Source: an uncultured bacterium
GTDB taxonomy: Bacteria; Fermentibacterota; Fermentibacteria; Fermentibacterales; JCC-6
Reading direction: 5' to 3'
Length of the DNA stretch: 64,000 bases
Assembly (NCBI GenBank): GCA_964553045.1
Contig: CAZKJG010000003.1
Span: 81,829 to 145,828 of the forward strand
Below, piece after piece: positions 35,432 through 45,082 of the stretch; positions within the stretch are counted from its first letter, which is position 1, and every line of letters starts with the position of its first letter. The position numbers and the translations under genes were made by a program. The notes beneath the pieces are model-generated. The model saw nothing but the letters and a program-made list of their open reading frames with translations. It was not told where the DNA came from and made no database searches.

Positions 35432-37048
35432 TCAGCGGTCTCCGATCCGCTCCAGGAAACGCCTGGTGCCGGGATCGGAGAGGTCCGGATAGAGGGTCTT
35501 CTCCCCCGTATAGGTGACCTGTCCGGGTCCGCCGCCCTTCATCCTCCGTACACGCTGCACCTCGGTCCAGTCCACCGGAACGATGGAGCTGCCGGATCCG
35601 CGGCTGTGGTTGGCGGCTATGGAGGCCGCCTGCATCAGTGCCCTCGCCGACGGATTGTCGCCCCGACCCGCGCGCTTTATGAGAACGTGCGCTCCGGCCA
35701 GTCCCCGGGCGTGAAGCCAGATGTCACCCCGCCTGCCCAGCCCGAAGGTGACCCTGTCGTTCTCCCTGGCGCTGCGTCCTACCACGCACCTCCATCCGCC
35801 GGAGAGCCTGTATTCCGGGGGGGCGCTGGCGCCCTCACCGCCCTTGGCCCTCCTTCGGGCGGCGAGCCGCCTCTCCAGCTCGCGCCTGTCCAGCTCCGGC
35901 GCCTTCGCGGCCATCCCCTTCAGCTCCTCCAGCCTGCGACTGGCCTTCCTCCGGGAGGTCTGGAGGCTCTTCTTCTCCCTGGCGCAGCGACGTGCCTTTC
36001 GGAAGTAGCGCTGTGCGTTGGAGACGGCGTCCCTGGACCTGGAGAGGGGTATCCTGGTCCTGCCTCCCTCCCAGTCGTCCAGCATCACGCTGCCGCTGCC
36101 CTTCTCCACTCGCTTCACGTTGGCCAGCAGCAGCTCGCCCCAGTGCCGGTACTCCTGGGGAGTGGGCATCTCCGACCGCGCCTCCTCCAGGTTCTCGAGT
36201 CTGCGGCGCAGGGACGACATCTCCCGGCGGATGGAGCGCAGATAGTCCTCCAGGGCGCCGCGGCGCACCGTCCGTCCGGCCCGGTCTTCGCCCGGGGCCA
36301 GGAGGTCGTCCAGCGGTTCCCCGGGTCCCAGGGGAACCGGCAGCGGACCGTCCGGTCCGGACCAGGGACGGAAGTCCCCCGAAAGCAGCCTGTCCTCCAG
36401 GCTGCAGATCACCTCGATGGGCTTCCGGCCGGAGGATTCCGCCTCCCGCAGGATTGCGCCGGCGGTGCAGGGCCCCACCCCTTCCAGCCGGGCGTAGATG
36501 TCGCTCTCCCGGGGACGGTCCGGAAGGCTCACGCCCCCCTCCCCTTTGCACCATTCTCCCGGCGGAAGGCCGGATGGAGGCGGGGGGCGGTATGTGGAGC
36601 CGGGAACCAGGGTGCGATAGCGGGACCGCTGCCCGTCGACCCGGCGGGTAACGGCCAGGACCCTGTCATCGGCGTCCCGCACCAGAATCAGGTTGGCGTT
36701 CCTTCCGGTGGCCTCGAACACCAGTCGCACCCGGCCGGTGGAGTAGGGGTCGGCGGACTCCAGCTCCAGGACGATTACCCTGTCCGCCCCCTGCTGACGA
36801 ACGGCCGTGACCTCGGCGCCCTTCAGGTGATCGGCCCAGGCGGGCGATTCCGGCTCGGCCATCTCGTGGGCCTCGTTGCTCCACCAGACGCCGGGCCGGT
36901 CCGGCCTTGCGGACAGGAAAAGCGAGCCCCGGGGAAAGAGGAGGGTCAGGCCGTCCCGTATCACGACTCCGACCTCGCGGACCGCAAGACCCTTCAGCAG
37001 GCTGCGGAGCTCGGGCACCAGAGCGCAGAAAAAAACGCCCTCCAGCAC
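35432..37048 (-). CDS. rqcH: NFACT-family ribosome quality control factor (RqcH/FbpA)
   Basis: DRVIVL, NLILV, NAQRYFRKARR, VGRSARENDRVT, WLHARGLAGAHV. Confidence 0.88.
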   Translation of the reverse strand: MLEGVFFCALVPELRSLLKGLAVREVGVVIRDGLTLLFPRGSLFLSARPDRPGVWWSNEAHEMAEPESPAWADHLKGAEVTAVRQQGADRVIVLELESADPYSTGRVRLVFEATGRNANLILVRDADDRVLAVTRRVDGQRSRYRTLVPGSTYRPPPPSGLPPGEWCKGEGGVSLPDRPRESDIYARLEGVGPCTAGAILREAESSGRKPIEVICSLEDRLLSGDFRPWSGPDGPLPVPLGPGEPLDDLLAPGEDRAGRTVRRGALEDYLRSIRREMSSLRRRLENLEEARSEMPTPQEYRHWGELLLANVKRVEKGSGSVMLDDWEGGRTRIPLSRSRDAVSNAQRYFRKARRCAREKKSLQTSRRKASRRLEELKGMAAKAPELDRRELERRLAARRRAKGGEGASAPPEYRLSGGWRCVVGRSARENDRVTFGLGRRGDIWLHARGLAGAHVLIKRAGRGDNPSARALMQAASIAANHSRGSGSSIVPVDWTEVQRVRRMKGGGPGQVTYTGEKTLYPDLSDPGTRRFLERIGDR

Positions 37049-37224
37049 GGCATTACCTCCCGTGTGCGGGACGACATTGCGACGACCTGGATATATAATA
37101 CCCGACCGTGGCCCGGCGGGAGCAGGCGAACCCCTCCCCGGTCGAAGGCCACGGGAGCCGCCGCCTGGAACCCGGTGCTGGAGTGCCCGCGAGCCACATC
37201 CGTAAACGGTTTGGGGAGAAGATA

Positions 37225-38106
37225 ATGCAATCCATGACTGGTTTCGGTTCCGCCACCTGCGAGGTGAACGGTTTCTCGCTTTCGGTCGAGATCCGCTCCG
37301 TTAACGGCAAGGGGCTCCGGCTCTCCCTTCGAATGGACGACGCCCTCTCGACCGCCGAAAACGAGGCCGCCCTTCGAAAGGTGGTTTCCGACTCCGTCTC
37401 CCGCGGCAGGGTCACCCTCTCCGCCAGGCTGAAGCCGGCTTCGGCAGGGAGTGCGGCCGTGGTGGACTCCGATCAGGCCGAAAGGTACCTGGAGGCCGCC
37501 CGGGAGCTGGCGCGGCGATTCGGACTGGAGACCGGGGTGACCGTCGCCCATCTGCTGGCCATGCCCGGCGTGCTGGGCCCGCCGGATCCGACCCGGAGCG
37601 ATCCGGAAGAGCTCACCGGGAGGCTCCTGTCCTGCGCGGAGACCGCCATGGAGGGTTTCCTGGAGTCCAGGGCAAGGGAGGGCGCCAACCTGGCCGGTGC
37701 GATGGCGGACAGGGTTCGAAGCATCGCATCCTCGGCCGAATCGGTCATGGAGGACCAGGAGGAGCGGGTGGCCAGACGCTTTCGGGACCTCAAGGAGAGG
37801 GTGGCGAGGCTTCTCGAATCCCCGCCGGAGGACGAGTCCCGCCTCTACCAGGAGCTGGCCCTGCTGGCCGACCGGGTTGACGTGACGGAGGAGCACCAGC
37901 GCCTCCGCAGCCATGCGGAGACGGCCCTGGAAATGCTGGAGTCCGGGAAGTCCCAGGGCAGGAAGCTGGGGTTCATATTCCAGGAGATGCACAGGGAGCT
38001 GAACACGATGGGCTCCAAGGTGGACGACTCCGAAGCCCAGTTGCAGGTTGTTCAGATGAAAAACGATCTGGCAGCGCTTAGGGAGCAGGTTGCGAACCTC
38101 GAGTAG
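37225..38106 (+). CDS. yicC: YicC/YloC-family endoribonuclease
   Basis: MQSMTGFG, EIRSVNGK, DVTEEHQRL, GRKLGFIFQEMHRELNTMGSK, EQVANLE. Confidence 0.93.
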   Translation: MQSMTGFGSATCEVNGFSLSVEIRSVNGKGLRLSLRMDDALSTAENEAALRKVVSDSVSRGRVTLSARLKPASAGSAAVVDSDQAERYLEAARELARRFGLETGVTVAHLLAMPGVLGPPDPTRSDPEELTGRLLSCAETAMEGFLESRAREGANLAGAMADRVRSIASSAESVMEDQEERVARRFRDLKERVARLLESPPEDESRLYQELALLADRVDVTEEHQRLRSHAETALEMLESGKSQGRKLGFIFQEMHRELNTMGSKVDDSEAQLQVVQMKNDLAALREQVANLE

Positions 38107-39379
38107 CTACGGAAGACTGATAGTTGTGGCCGGGCCTTCCGGCGCCGGCAAGACGACCCTTGCCCGGCATCTGGTGGATACATTTGAGGACGCCCGGTTC
38201 TCCGTGTCCACCACCACCCGCCAGCCCCGCGGAGACGAGCGGCAGGGCCGGGACTACGACTTCGTGGACGGGGAGGAGTTCCGAAGCAGGGTAGAGGGGG
38301 ATTTCTTCCTGGAGTGGGCCGAGGTCCATGGAAGTCTCTACGGGACCGGCCGCCAGTGGGTCCGCCGGACGACTTCCTCCGGAAGCAGCGTGGTGCTGGA
38401 CATAGACGTCCAGGGCGCCATGCAGGTCAGGCAGCGGTGGCCGGGGGCCGTTCTGGTCTTCGTCCTCCCCCCTTCCATGGACGAGCTGCGCCGCAGGCTC
38501 AGCGGCAGGGGGACGGACGATCCCGGCACGGTGGAAAGGCGAATGGAGGCCGCGGCCAGGGAGGTGCGCTGGCTGGGAGCTTTCGACTACTTCGTCCTCA
38601 ACGGCCGGAGGGAGGACGCGCTGCGGCGCATCGAGGACATATACCTGTCCACTGTCTCGGGCCTGCGCTGGTCCCCCTATCCGGGTCAGGCGCTGGAGTA
38701 CCACGGTTCCATGGAGGGCCGGGACCACTGGCGGGGCGGGCGCGTTGTGGTCACAGCCGGGCCGACCCGGGAACCGCTGGACTCCGTGAGGTTCATATCC
38801 AACCGCTCCAGCGGCCTCATGGGCTGCATGCTCTGTGCCGCCCTTCGGGACGCCGGTGCCACGGTGACCCTGGTTGCCGGCCCCCTGAGGGTAAGGCCTC
38901 CCGCCGGAGTGAACCTGGTCTCCGTCGAGACCGCTCGGGAAATGGGTGAGGCCCTGCGGGAGCACCTGCCGGGGGCCGACCTGCTCGCGATGGCGGCCGC
39001 CGTATCGGACTTCCGGCCGGCGGAGCGGACGCCGGGCAAGATGGACCGGCGGACCGGAGCCGCCAGCCTGATGCTGGACGCCAATCCCGACCTGCTGGCC
39101 ACCCTGGGCGCCGACTGTCCGGTGCTGGCCTTCGCCCTGGAGATGGGCGAGGAAAGCGAGGAGAGGGCCCGGGAGAAGATGCGTAGAAAGGGGGCTTTCG
39201 CGATCTTCCTCAACCGGGGCGACGAGGCCGGTGTGGGCATGGAGAGCCCGGCCAACGCCGGCGTTCTGCTGGGCTGCGACGGAGGTAGGCTGGAGGTGCC
39301 CCGCGGCTCGAAGCGGTACGTGGCGGAGATGATCACGGCAGGCCTCGGCCGCTGGCTGGGGGAAGCGGGAGATGACTGA
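38090..39379 (+). CDS. gmk: Fusion of guanylate kinase and phosphopantothenoylcysteine synthetase (CoaB) domain
   Basis: N-half GPSGAGKT, STTTRQPR, LEWAEVHGSLYGT, LDIDVQGA. C-half VTAGPTREPLDSVRFISNRSSG, AAAVSDFRP, NPDLL. One frame, no stop between. Confidence 0.9.
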   Translation: MRTSSSYGRLIVVAGPSGAGKTTLARHLVDTFEDARFSVSTTTRQPRGDERQGRDYDFVDGEEFRSRVEGDFFLEWAEVHGSLYGTGRQWVRRTTSSGSSVVLDIDVQGAMQVRQRWPGAVLVFVLPPSMDELRRRLSGRGTDDPGTVERRMEAAAREVRWLGAFDYFVLNGRREDALRRIEDIYLSTVSGLRWSPYPGQALEYHGSMEGRDHWRGGRVVVTAGPTREPLDSVRFISNRSSGLMGCMLCAALRDAGATVTLVAGPLRVRPPAGVNLVSVETAREMGEALREHLPGADLLAMAAAVSDFRPAERTPGKMDRRTGAASLMLDANPDLLATLGADCPVLAFALEMGEESEERAREKMRRKGAFAIFLNRGDEAGVGMESPANAGVLLGCDGGRLEVPRGSKRYVAEMITAGLGRWLGEAGDD

Positions 39380-40106
39380 GGAAAGTGGAAGGCGGGATCC
39401 GGTATGGCGGGCGGCAGCCAGCTTCGGGCTTGACCGCATATACCTGCCGCAGGGTTGGCTGGAGAACAGAGTGAGCGGACGGCCGGATGGAAACGGAGCT
39501 CCGGAGGAGAGGGTGGAGAGCGCGGAGACAGTGAGGAAGAGGCTGGCCCGGCTTCGCGAGGAGATCGGCGACTGCAGAAGGTGCCGTCTGGGCGAGACCA
39601 GGAACAGGCTGGTCTTCGGCGACGGCAACCCGGCCTCCGGCATCGTGCTGGTGGGAGAGGGCCCGGGGGCCAACGAGGACCGGACCGGGAAGCCCTTCGT
39701 GGGAAAGGCCGGAAAGCTCCTTGACAGAATACTGGCCTCCATAGACCTCGACCGCAGCACCGTCTTCATCACCAACATCGTCAAGTGCCGGCCGCCGCGG
39801 AACAGGGCACCCAGGGGCGACGAGGTGACCGCCTGCCTCTGGATGCTGGAGGAGCAGATAAGGATCATGAGACCCGGCGTTATGCTCGCCCTGGGAGCTT
39901 CCGCCGCCAGGACGCTCACCGGAAGGCGGGAGGGCATCGGTGTGCTCAGGGGCAGCATGCATACCTATATGGACGTGCCCCTGATGGCCACCTACCACCC
40001 GGCGGCCCTGCTGCGTTCGCCGGCCCTCAAGAGGCCGGTCTGGGACGACGTCAGGGAACTTCGCTGCTTTCTGGACGAACACGGGCTTCCCAGAGAGGAC
40101 GGGTAG
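39372..40106 (+). CDS. Uracil-DNA glycosylase family 4 (Fe-S)
   Basis: CRRCRL, GEGPG, PFVGKAG, NIVKCRPP, TYHPAALL. Confidence 0.93.
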   Translation: MTEESGRRDPVWRAAASFGLDRIYLPQGWLENRVSGRPDGNGAPEERVESAETVRKRLARLREEIGDCRRCRLGETRNRLVFGDGNPASGIVLVGEGPGANEDRTGKPFVGKAGKLLDRILASIDLDRSTVFITNIVKCRPPRNRAPRGDEVTACLWMLEEQIRIMRPGVMLALGASAARTLTGRREGIGVLRGSMHTYMDVPLMATYHPAALLRSPALKRPVWDDVRELRCFLDEHGLPREDG

Positions 40107-40108
40107 GC

Positions 40109-41464
40109 GTGGAAGAGCTCAAGGGTTACGTACCACCCAGCAACGTGGAGGCGGAGCGCTCCGTTCTGGGCTCTATACTGCTCGACCAGGAGATCGCCCT
40201 GGAGGCGTTCGCCAGGCTGCACTACTCCGATTTCTACGACCGCAGGCACACGTTCATCTACCAGGCCTGCCGGGAGCTGGACTCCAGGAACTCGGCCATC
40301 GACCTGGTAACGGTGTGCGAGGAGCTGGCCGACAGGAAATGGCTGGGGGAGTGCGGGGGCGAGGAGTACGTGGCCGATCTCACCGAGGACATTCCCATAC
40401 TGAGCAACGTGATAGAGCACATAAGAATCGTCCGCAGCAAATCCATGCTCCGCAGACTGCTGAAGACCTGCCAGGACACCATTCGCGAGGTGATCCAGGG
40501 CGGAGAGGACACCGCGGGTCTGATAGACAGGACCGAGAAGCGGATATTCGAGATCTCGGCCCAGCGGACCGAGAGGGACTTCGTCCCCCTCTCCGAGCTG
40601 GTGGGGGAGAGCCTGGCGGAGCTGGAGAAGCTCCGGGGGGCGGTGGACTGCGTAACCGGGATCTCCACCGGCTTCGACGAGCTGGACCGGAAGACCACCG
40701 GCTTCCACCCGGGCGAGCTCATCGTGGTGGCGGCCAGGCCCTCCGTGGGCAAGACCACGCTGGCGCTGAACATGGCAGAGCACATCGCCACCCATTCCGA
40801 CAAGGCGGTGGGCTTCTTCAGCCTGGAGATGGCGGACCAGCAGCTCAGCAACCGCCTGGTCTGCGCCAACGCCGGTGTGGGGATGCAGGCCATTATGAGC
40901 CCCAACCTCTCGGACAAGCACGTCCGGGAGCTGCAGCACGCGGCCGACAGGCTGTCGCGGCTTCCCATGTACATAGAGGACACCGCCAGCATCGGGCCCA
41001 TGGAGCTGCGGGCCAAGTCCCGGAGGCTGGCCAAGCACGAGGAGCTGGGAGCGGTGTTCGTGGACTACCTTCAGCTGATGCATTCCGAGGACCGGGTTGA
41101 GAACCGCCAGCAGGAGATCTCCCAGATATCCGGTTCCCTCAAGGCTCTGGCCAAGGAGCTGAACCTGCCCGTCATAGCCCTGTCCCAGCTCAGCCGCAAA
41201 GCGGTGAGCCGGGGAGGCCCGCCCAAGCTGAGCGACCTCCGGGAGAGCGGGGCGATAGAGCAGGACGCCGATGTCGTCCTCTTCCTCCACGACCGCTCCC
41301 ATAACGAGGAGGAGACGGAGATACAGGCCATCGACGAGATGTACCGCGAGATCAAGCTCATCATCGGCAAGCAGCGAAACGGGCCCCGGGGCGTGATAGA
41401 CCTGGTCTTCGACACGGCGATATCCAGGTTCTTCCCCAAGGCCATGGAAGGTATGGAGCCCTGA
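40109..41464 (+). CDS. dnaB: Replicative DNA helicase
   Basis: EAERSVLG, ARPSVGKT, FSLEM, DYLQLM, LSQLSR, SDLRESGAIEQDAD, KQRNGP; GTG start 40109. Confidence 0.97.
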   Translation: MEELKGYVPPSNVEAERSVLGSILLDQEIALEAFARLHYSDFYDRRHTFIYQACRELDSRNSAIDLVTVCEELADRKWLGECGGEEYVADLTEDIPILSNVIEHIRIVRSKSMLRRLLKTCQDTIREVIQGGEDTAGLIDRTEKRIFEISAQRTERDFVPLSELVGESLAELEKLRGAVDCVTGISTGFDELDRKTTGFHPGELIVVAARPSVGKTTLALNMAEHIATHSDKAVGFFSLEMADQQLSNRLVCANAGVGMQAIMSPNLSDKHVRELQHAADRLSRLPMYIEDTASIGPMELRAKSRRLAKHEELGAVFVDYLQLMHSEDRVENRQQEISQISGSLKALAKELNLPVIALSQLSRKAVSRGGPPKLSDLRESGAIEQDADVVLFLHDRSHNEEETEIQAIDEMYREIKLIIGKQRNGPRGVIDLVFDTAISRFFPKAMEGMEP

Positions 41465-41467
41465 TCC

Positions 41468-42883
41468 ATGGCCAAGAGCAGGACGGTCTACGTCTGCGGG
41501 GAGTGCGGCGGAAGGTCGCCGGCCTGGAGCGGCCGCTGCCCCCATTGCGGAAAGTGGGGCACCCTGGTGGAGGAGGTGGAGCAGCGGGCCCCCGCAGGCG
41601 GCAGTCGGCCGGCGGAGAAGGCAAGTCCCGTGGAGATCGGCTCCATCCCCTCCGAGTCGGGAGAGAGAATGGTCTCCGGAATAGACGAGTTCGACCGGGT
41701 TATGGGTGGAGGCATCCTGCAGGGCTCCATCAACCTCATCGGCGGCGAGCCCGGAATCGGCAAGAGTACGCTCATGCTGCAGCTCTCCGCGGCGGTCTGT
41801 CGGGAAGGGGCATCTGTACTGTACGCCACCGGGGAGGAATCGGCCGCCCAGGTGGCCGGCAGGGCGCGAAGGACGGAGTCCGTCTCGAAGGGGCTGATGG
41901 TGCTTCCCGCCACCTCCCTCTCGAGCATAGAGAAAGCGGTGGAGAAGCACGATCCGTCCCTGTTGGTCGTGGACTCCATACAGACGGTCTACGCGCCGGA
42001 GCTGACCAGCGCTCCCGGCTCGGTCTCCCAGGTGCGTCACTGCACAGCCGAGCTTCTGCGGATGACCAAGACCCGGGAGATGACCACATTTGTCGTGGGC
42101 CACGTGACCAAGCAGGGAGCCATAGCGGGCCCCAAGGTAATGGAACACCTGGTGGACGCCGTTGTATACTTCGAGGGCGACAGCACGCACAGCTACCGGC
42201 TGCTGCGGGTGTCCAAGAACCGCTTCGGCTCCACCAACGAGCTGGGTGTTTTCGAGATGGCCGCGTCGGGGCTGCAGGGCGTGCGGGAGGCTTCCGCCTA
42301 CTTCCTGCGCCGTGACGAGGCGGAGCGTCCCGGTACGGTTGTCGTGGCTGTCATGGAGGGAACCCGGCCGTTCCTCGTGGAGGTGCAGGCGCTGACCAGC
42401 GAGACGAGGTACGGAATGCCGCAGAGGACGGCGATAGGGCTGGACCGGCAGCGGCTGCCGATGCTGCTGGCGGTGCTGGAGAAGCGCTGCGGCCTGAACC
42501 TGGGCAAGCAGGACGTGTACGTGAACGTGGCCGGGGGCATGTCGCTCTCCGACCCCGGGGTGGACCTGGGGGTGTGCATGGCGGTGGCTTCCAGCCTCTT
42601 GGACCGGCCCGTCAGGCGGGGTACCGTACTCTGCGGAGAGGTCGGCCTGGGCGGGGAGATCAGACCGGTGTCGTTCTTCGATACCCGGCTGTCCGAGGTC
42701 GAGGGACTGGGATTCAATTCATTGGCCGGCTCGCTGGAGAACGTCAGGGCTTGCAGGCCCGACGATTGTGAAGATTCAAGCTTCGGCGGGGAGGCTCATT
42801 CAGGAGCGGCGGGGTATTCGACGGTTATGGATTCAATAGACTCCCTGCTCCATGACGATCCAAAGGGAGGTAGCTGGTTATGA
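41468..42883 (+). CDS. radA: DNA repair protein RadA/Sms
   Basis: C4 Zn finger, GGEPGIGKST, VDSIQT, GHVTKQG, KNRFG, GEVGLGGE. Confidence 0.96.
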   Translation: MAKSRTVYVCGECGGRSPAWSGRCPHCGKWGTLVEEVEQRAPAGGSRPAEKASPVEIGSIPSESGERMVSGIDEFDRVMGGGILQGSINLIGGEPGIGKSTLMLQLSAAVCREGASVLYATGEESAAQVAGRARRTESVSKGLMVLPATSLSSIEKAVEKHDPSLLVVDSIQTVYAPELTSAPGSVSQVRHCTAELLRMTKTREMTTFVVGHVTKQGAIAGPKVMEHLVDAVVYFEGDSTHSYRLLRVSKNRFGSTNELGVFEMAASGLQGVREASAYFLRRDEAERPGTVVVAVMEGTRPFLVEVQALTSETRYGMPQRTAIGLDRQRLPMLLAVLEKRCGLNLGKQDVYVNVAGGMSLSDPGVDLGVCMAVASSLLDRPVRRGTVLCGEVGLGGEIRPVSFFDTRLSEVEGLGFNSLAGSLENVRACRPDDCEDSSFGGEAHSGAAGYSTVMDSIDSLLHDDPKGGSWL

Positions 42884-43890
42884 GAGGCAAGATCTGGGAG
42901 ACAAGACTGATCTTCCTTCTGGCACTCGGCCTGGTGGGTTCACTGGGATTCGACTGGTGGATGGGGCTCGTAGGCCTGGGAATAGGTCTGCTGGCCATCG
43001 GGTTGGAGATGCTTTTCCACAGGATGCCGGCGGAGGAGATCCTCTACGCCCTGGTAGGGGGCAGCGCCGGGCTGGTGCTGGGCGTGCTCATCGTGTTCGT
43101 GCTGCGAATGGGCAACATCAGCCTGGTGGACGAGGGCAGGTACGGGGGCGACCCCCTGGTGATGATCCCCCTGGCCCTGGGATTCGCCATGGCGCACGTA
43201 TGCGTCACCAAGGGGCGAAGGCTCGGTCTCATCGAGACCGCGCCGGAGGAGGAGAAGCCCGCCGCGGGCCGGTCGCTTCTGCTGGACATGAGCGCCATCG
43301 TCGACGGCCGGGTGGCGGATCTGCTTCACGCGGGGCTTCTCACCGGCCCCTTCATCGTACCGACGGAGGTCAGGAAGCGGCTGAACGGGATGAAGGACTC
43401 CGACGAGATGGTTGAGCGGGGTCGGGCCAGAAGGGGTCAGGAGACCCTGGAGAGGCTGGAGGAGGCCGCGGGCAAGGAACAGATCGGGTACGTGGACTTC
43501 GGTGGCGGAAAGAGGGAGCGTCTGCGCATTCTCAACTGGCTGAGGGACGAGCAGGCGACTCTGGTGAGCGACGACGCAGACCTGCTCGACGCCGCCGAGC
43601 GCGAGGGCAGTCGGACCATCAGACTGGAGCAGCTGGGTCCCGCGGCCAAGCAGGTGGTGCTCCCCGGCCAGAGGATTCGGGTCAAGATCGTCCGCAAGGG
43701 CAGGAATCCGGGTCAGGGAGTGGGATTCCTCAACGACGGGACCATGGTGGTGGTGGAGAACGGCGAGAAGAGCGTGGGCAATACGATCGATGCCCTGAGC
43801 CACACCACTTTCCGCGCCTCCGGCGGGACCATGATCTTCGCCAGGGCAACCGACTCCCCCCATCCGGAGGAGGCGGAGGTGATAGTCTAG
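42880..43890 (+). CDS. PIN/TRAM-domain membrane protein (YacL-like)
   Basis: N-terminal TM helices, LLDMSAIVDGR, RARRGQETL, QGVGFLNDGTMVVVE. Confidence 0.85.
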   Translation: MRGKIWETRLIFLLALGLVGSLGFDWWMGLVGLGIGLLAIGLEMLFHRMPAEEILYALVGGSAGLVLGVLIVFVLRMGNISLVDEGRYGGDPLVMIPLALGFAMAHVCVTKGRRLGLIETAPEEEKPAAGRSLLLDMSAIVDGRVADLLHAGLLTGPFIVPTEVRKRLNGMKDSDEMVERGRARRGQETLERLEEAAGKEQIGYVDFGGGKRERLRILNWLRDEQATLVSDDADLLDAAEREGSRTIRLEQLGPAAKQVVLPGQRIRVKIVRKGRNPGQGVGFLNDGTMVVVENGEKSVGNTIDALSHTTFRASGGTMIFARATDSPHPEEAEVIV

Positions 43891-43891
43891 G

Positions 43892-45082
43892 ATGGACCGG
43901 CCCGGCCGGGATGCCTCGAAGGCCGTCTGGGGCGCAGTCATAGTCGCCGCCGGCGACGGAAGCCGCTACGGCGGCCGCGTTCCCAAGCAGTTCCTTCCCC
44001 TGGACGGAGTTCCGCTCGTGGAGCACAGCCTCAGAACGGTGCTCTCCATGGAGCGGGTGAGGCACACCGTGCTGGTAGTGCCCGAGGAGGGGGACTGGCG
44101 GAGCAGCTGGACGCCGCCGCAGGCCGGGGGGTTCGTGATCCGTCCCGGGGGCAGCGTGCGAAGCCAATCGGTTCTTGCCGGACTCGACGCCCTGGAAGAC
44201 GCAACCCACGTCGCGGTCCACGACGCGGCCAGGCCCCTGGCCTCCGCCGCGCTCTTCCACCGGGTCATGGACGCAGCCGAGTCGGGGGGCGCGGCGGTGC
44301 CTGTATACCCGGTCAGCAGCACGGTGAAGAGGGTATCGGCCGACGGCGCCACCGTGGAGGGCACGGTGGATCGGTCCCTGCTGGGCCTGAGCCAGACGCC
44401 GCAGGCCGCGGAGCTGGACGTTCTGCAGCGGGCCCTTCGCGCCCATCCCGCCAGCACCGACGAGGCAGCCGCCCTGGAGCGCGCGGGCGTCGAGGTGACC
44501 GCCGTGGATGGGGAGCGGGAGAACATCAAGCTGACCCGCCCAGGCGACATGCGCCTGCTGGAGGCCTTCCTGCCCCGGGTGGAGACCGCTCTGGGAACCG
44601 GCCTCGACTTCCATCCCCTGGTGGAGGGCAGGCCCATGGTGGTGTGCGGAATCCGCTTCGACGAACCGGTGGGGCCCTCCGGCCACTCCGACGGCGACCC
44701 CGCGATGCACGCGGCCGCAGACGCCGTCCTCTCCGCCGCCAGGCTGGGCGACATAGGCGAGTTCTTCCCTGCCGGAGACCCGAAGTGGAAGGGGGCCGAC
44801 AGCCGCACGCTGCTGCGCCGGACGGCCGACGCTGCCGCCCGGGAAGGCTGGAGGGTGCTGAGCGCCGACCTGACACTCATCGGGAGCAGACCCCGGGTGC
44901 TGGAATCCAGGGAGCATATGATGGACGCTCTGTCCGAGGCGCTGGGCTGTCGCCGACGCCAGGTCTGGGTGAAGGGCACCACCACCAACGGCCTGGGACC
45001 CCTGGGGCGGGGGGAAGGCATTGGTGCCATGGCCGTGGTGAGACTGGTCCGCAGGACTCCCAAGGGCGGCGCGGTCCCTTGA
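43892..45082 (+). CDS. ispDF: Bifunctional IspD/IspF
   Basis: AAGDGSRYGG..PKQF, HDAARP, QTPQ, NIKLT (IspD); GLDFH, GHSDGD, KGTTT (IspF). Confidence 0.92.
   Translation: MDRPGRDASKAVWGAVIVAAGDGSRYGGRVPKQFLPLDGVPLVEHSLRTVLSMERVRHTVLVVPEEGDWRSSWTPPQAGGFVIRPGGSVRSQSVLAGLDALEDATHVAVHDAARPLASAALFHRVMDAAESGGAAVPVYPVSSTVKRVSADGATVEGTVDRSLLGLSQTPQAAELDVLQRALRAHPASTDEAAALERAGVEVTAVDGERENIKLTRPGDMRLLEAFLPRVETALGTGLDFHPLVEGRPMVVCGIRFDEPVGPSGHSDGDPAMHAAADAVLSAARLGDIGEFFPAGDPKWKGADSRTLLRRTADAAAREGWRVLSADLTLIGSRPRVLESREHMMDALSEALGCRRRQVWVKGTTTNGLGPLGRGEGIGAMAVVRLVRRTPKGGAVP

Noticed and set aside
37103-37170. ZTP (pfl) or FMN riboswitch
   Set aside because: Only partial resemblance (GGCG/CGCC; CCCGACCG); the core GGGGAGC (ZTP) and AGGGCGGGGUGAAA (FMN) elements are absent, and the downstream genes do not fit.
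30667-41464. Inteins or introns in nrdJ and dnaB
   Set aside because: Both have normal length and contiguous motifs, with no intein N/C-terminal signatures.
43892-45082. IspD-IspF fusion as a novelty
   Set aside because: Bifunctional IspDF is well known in many bacteria.
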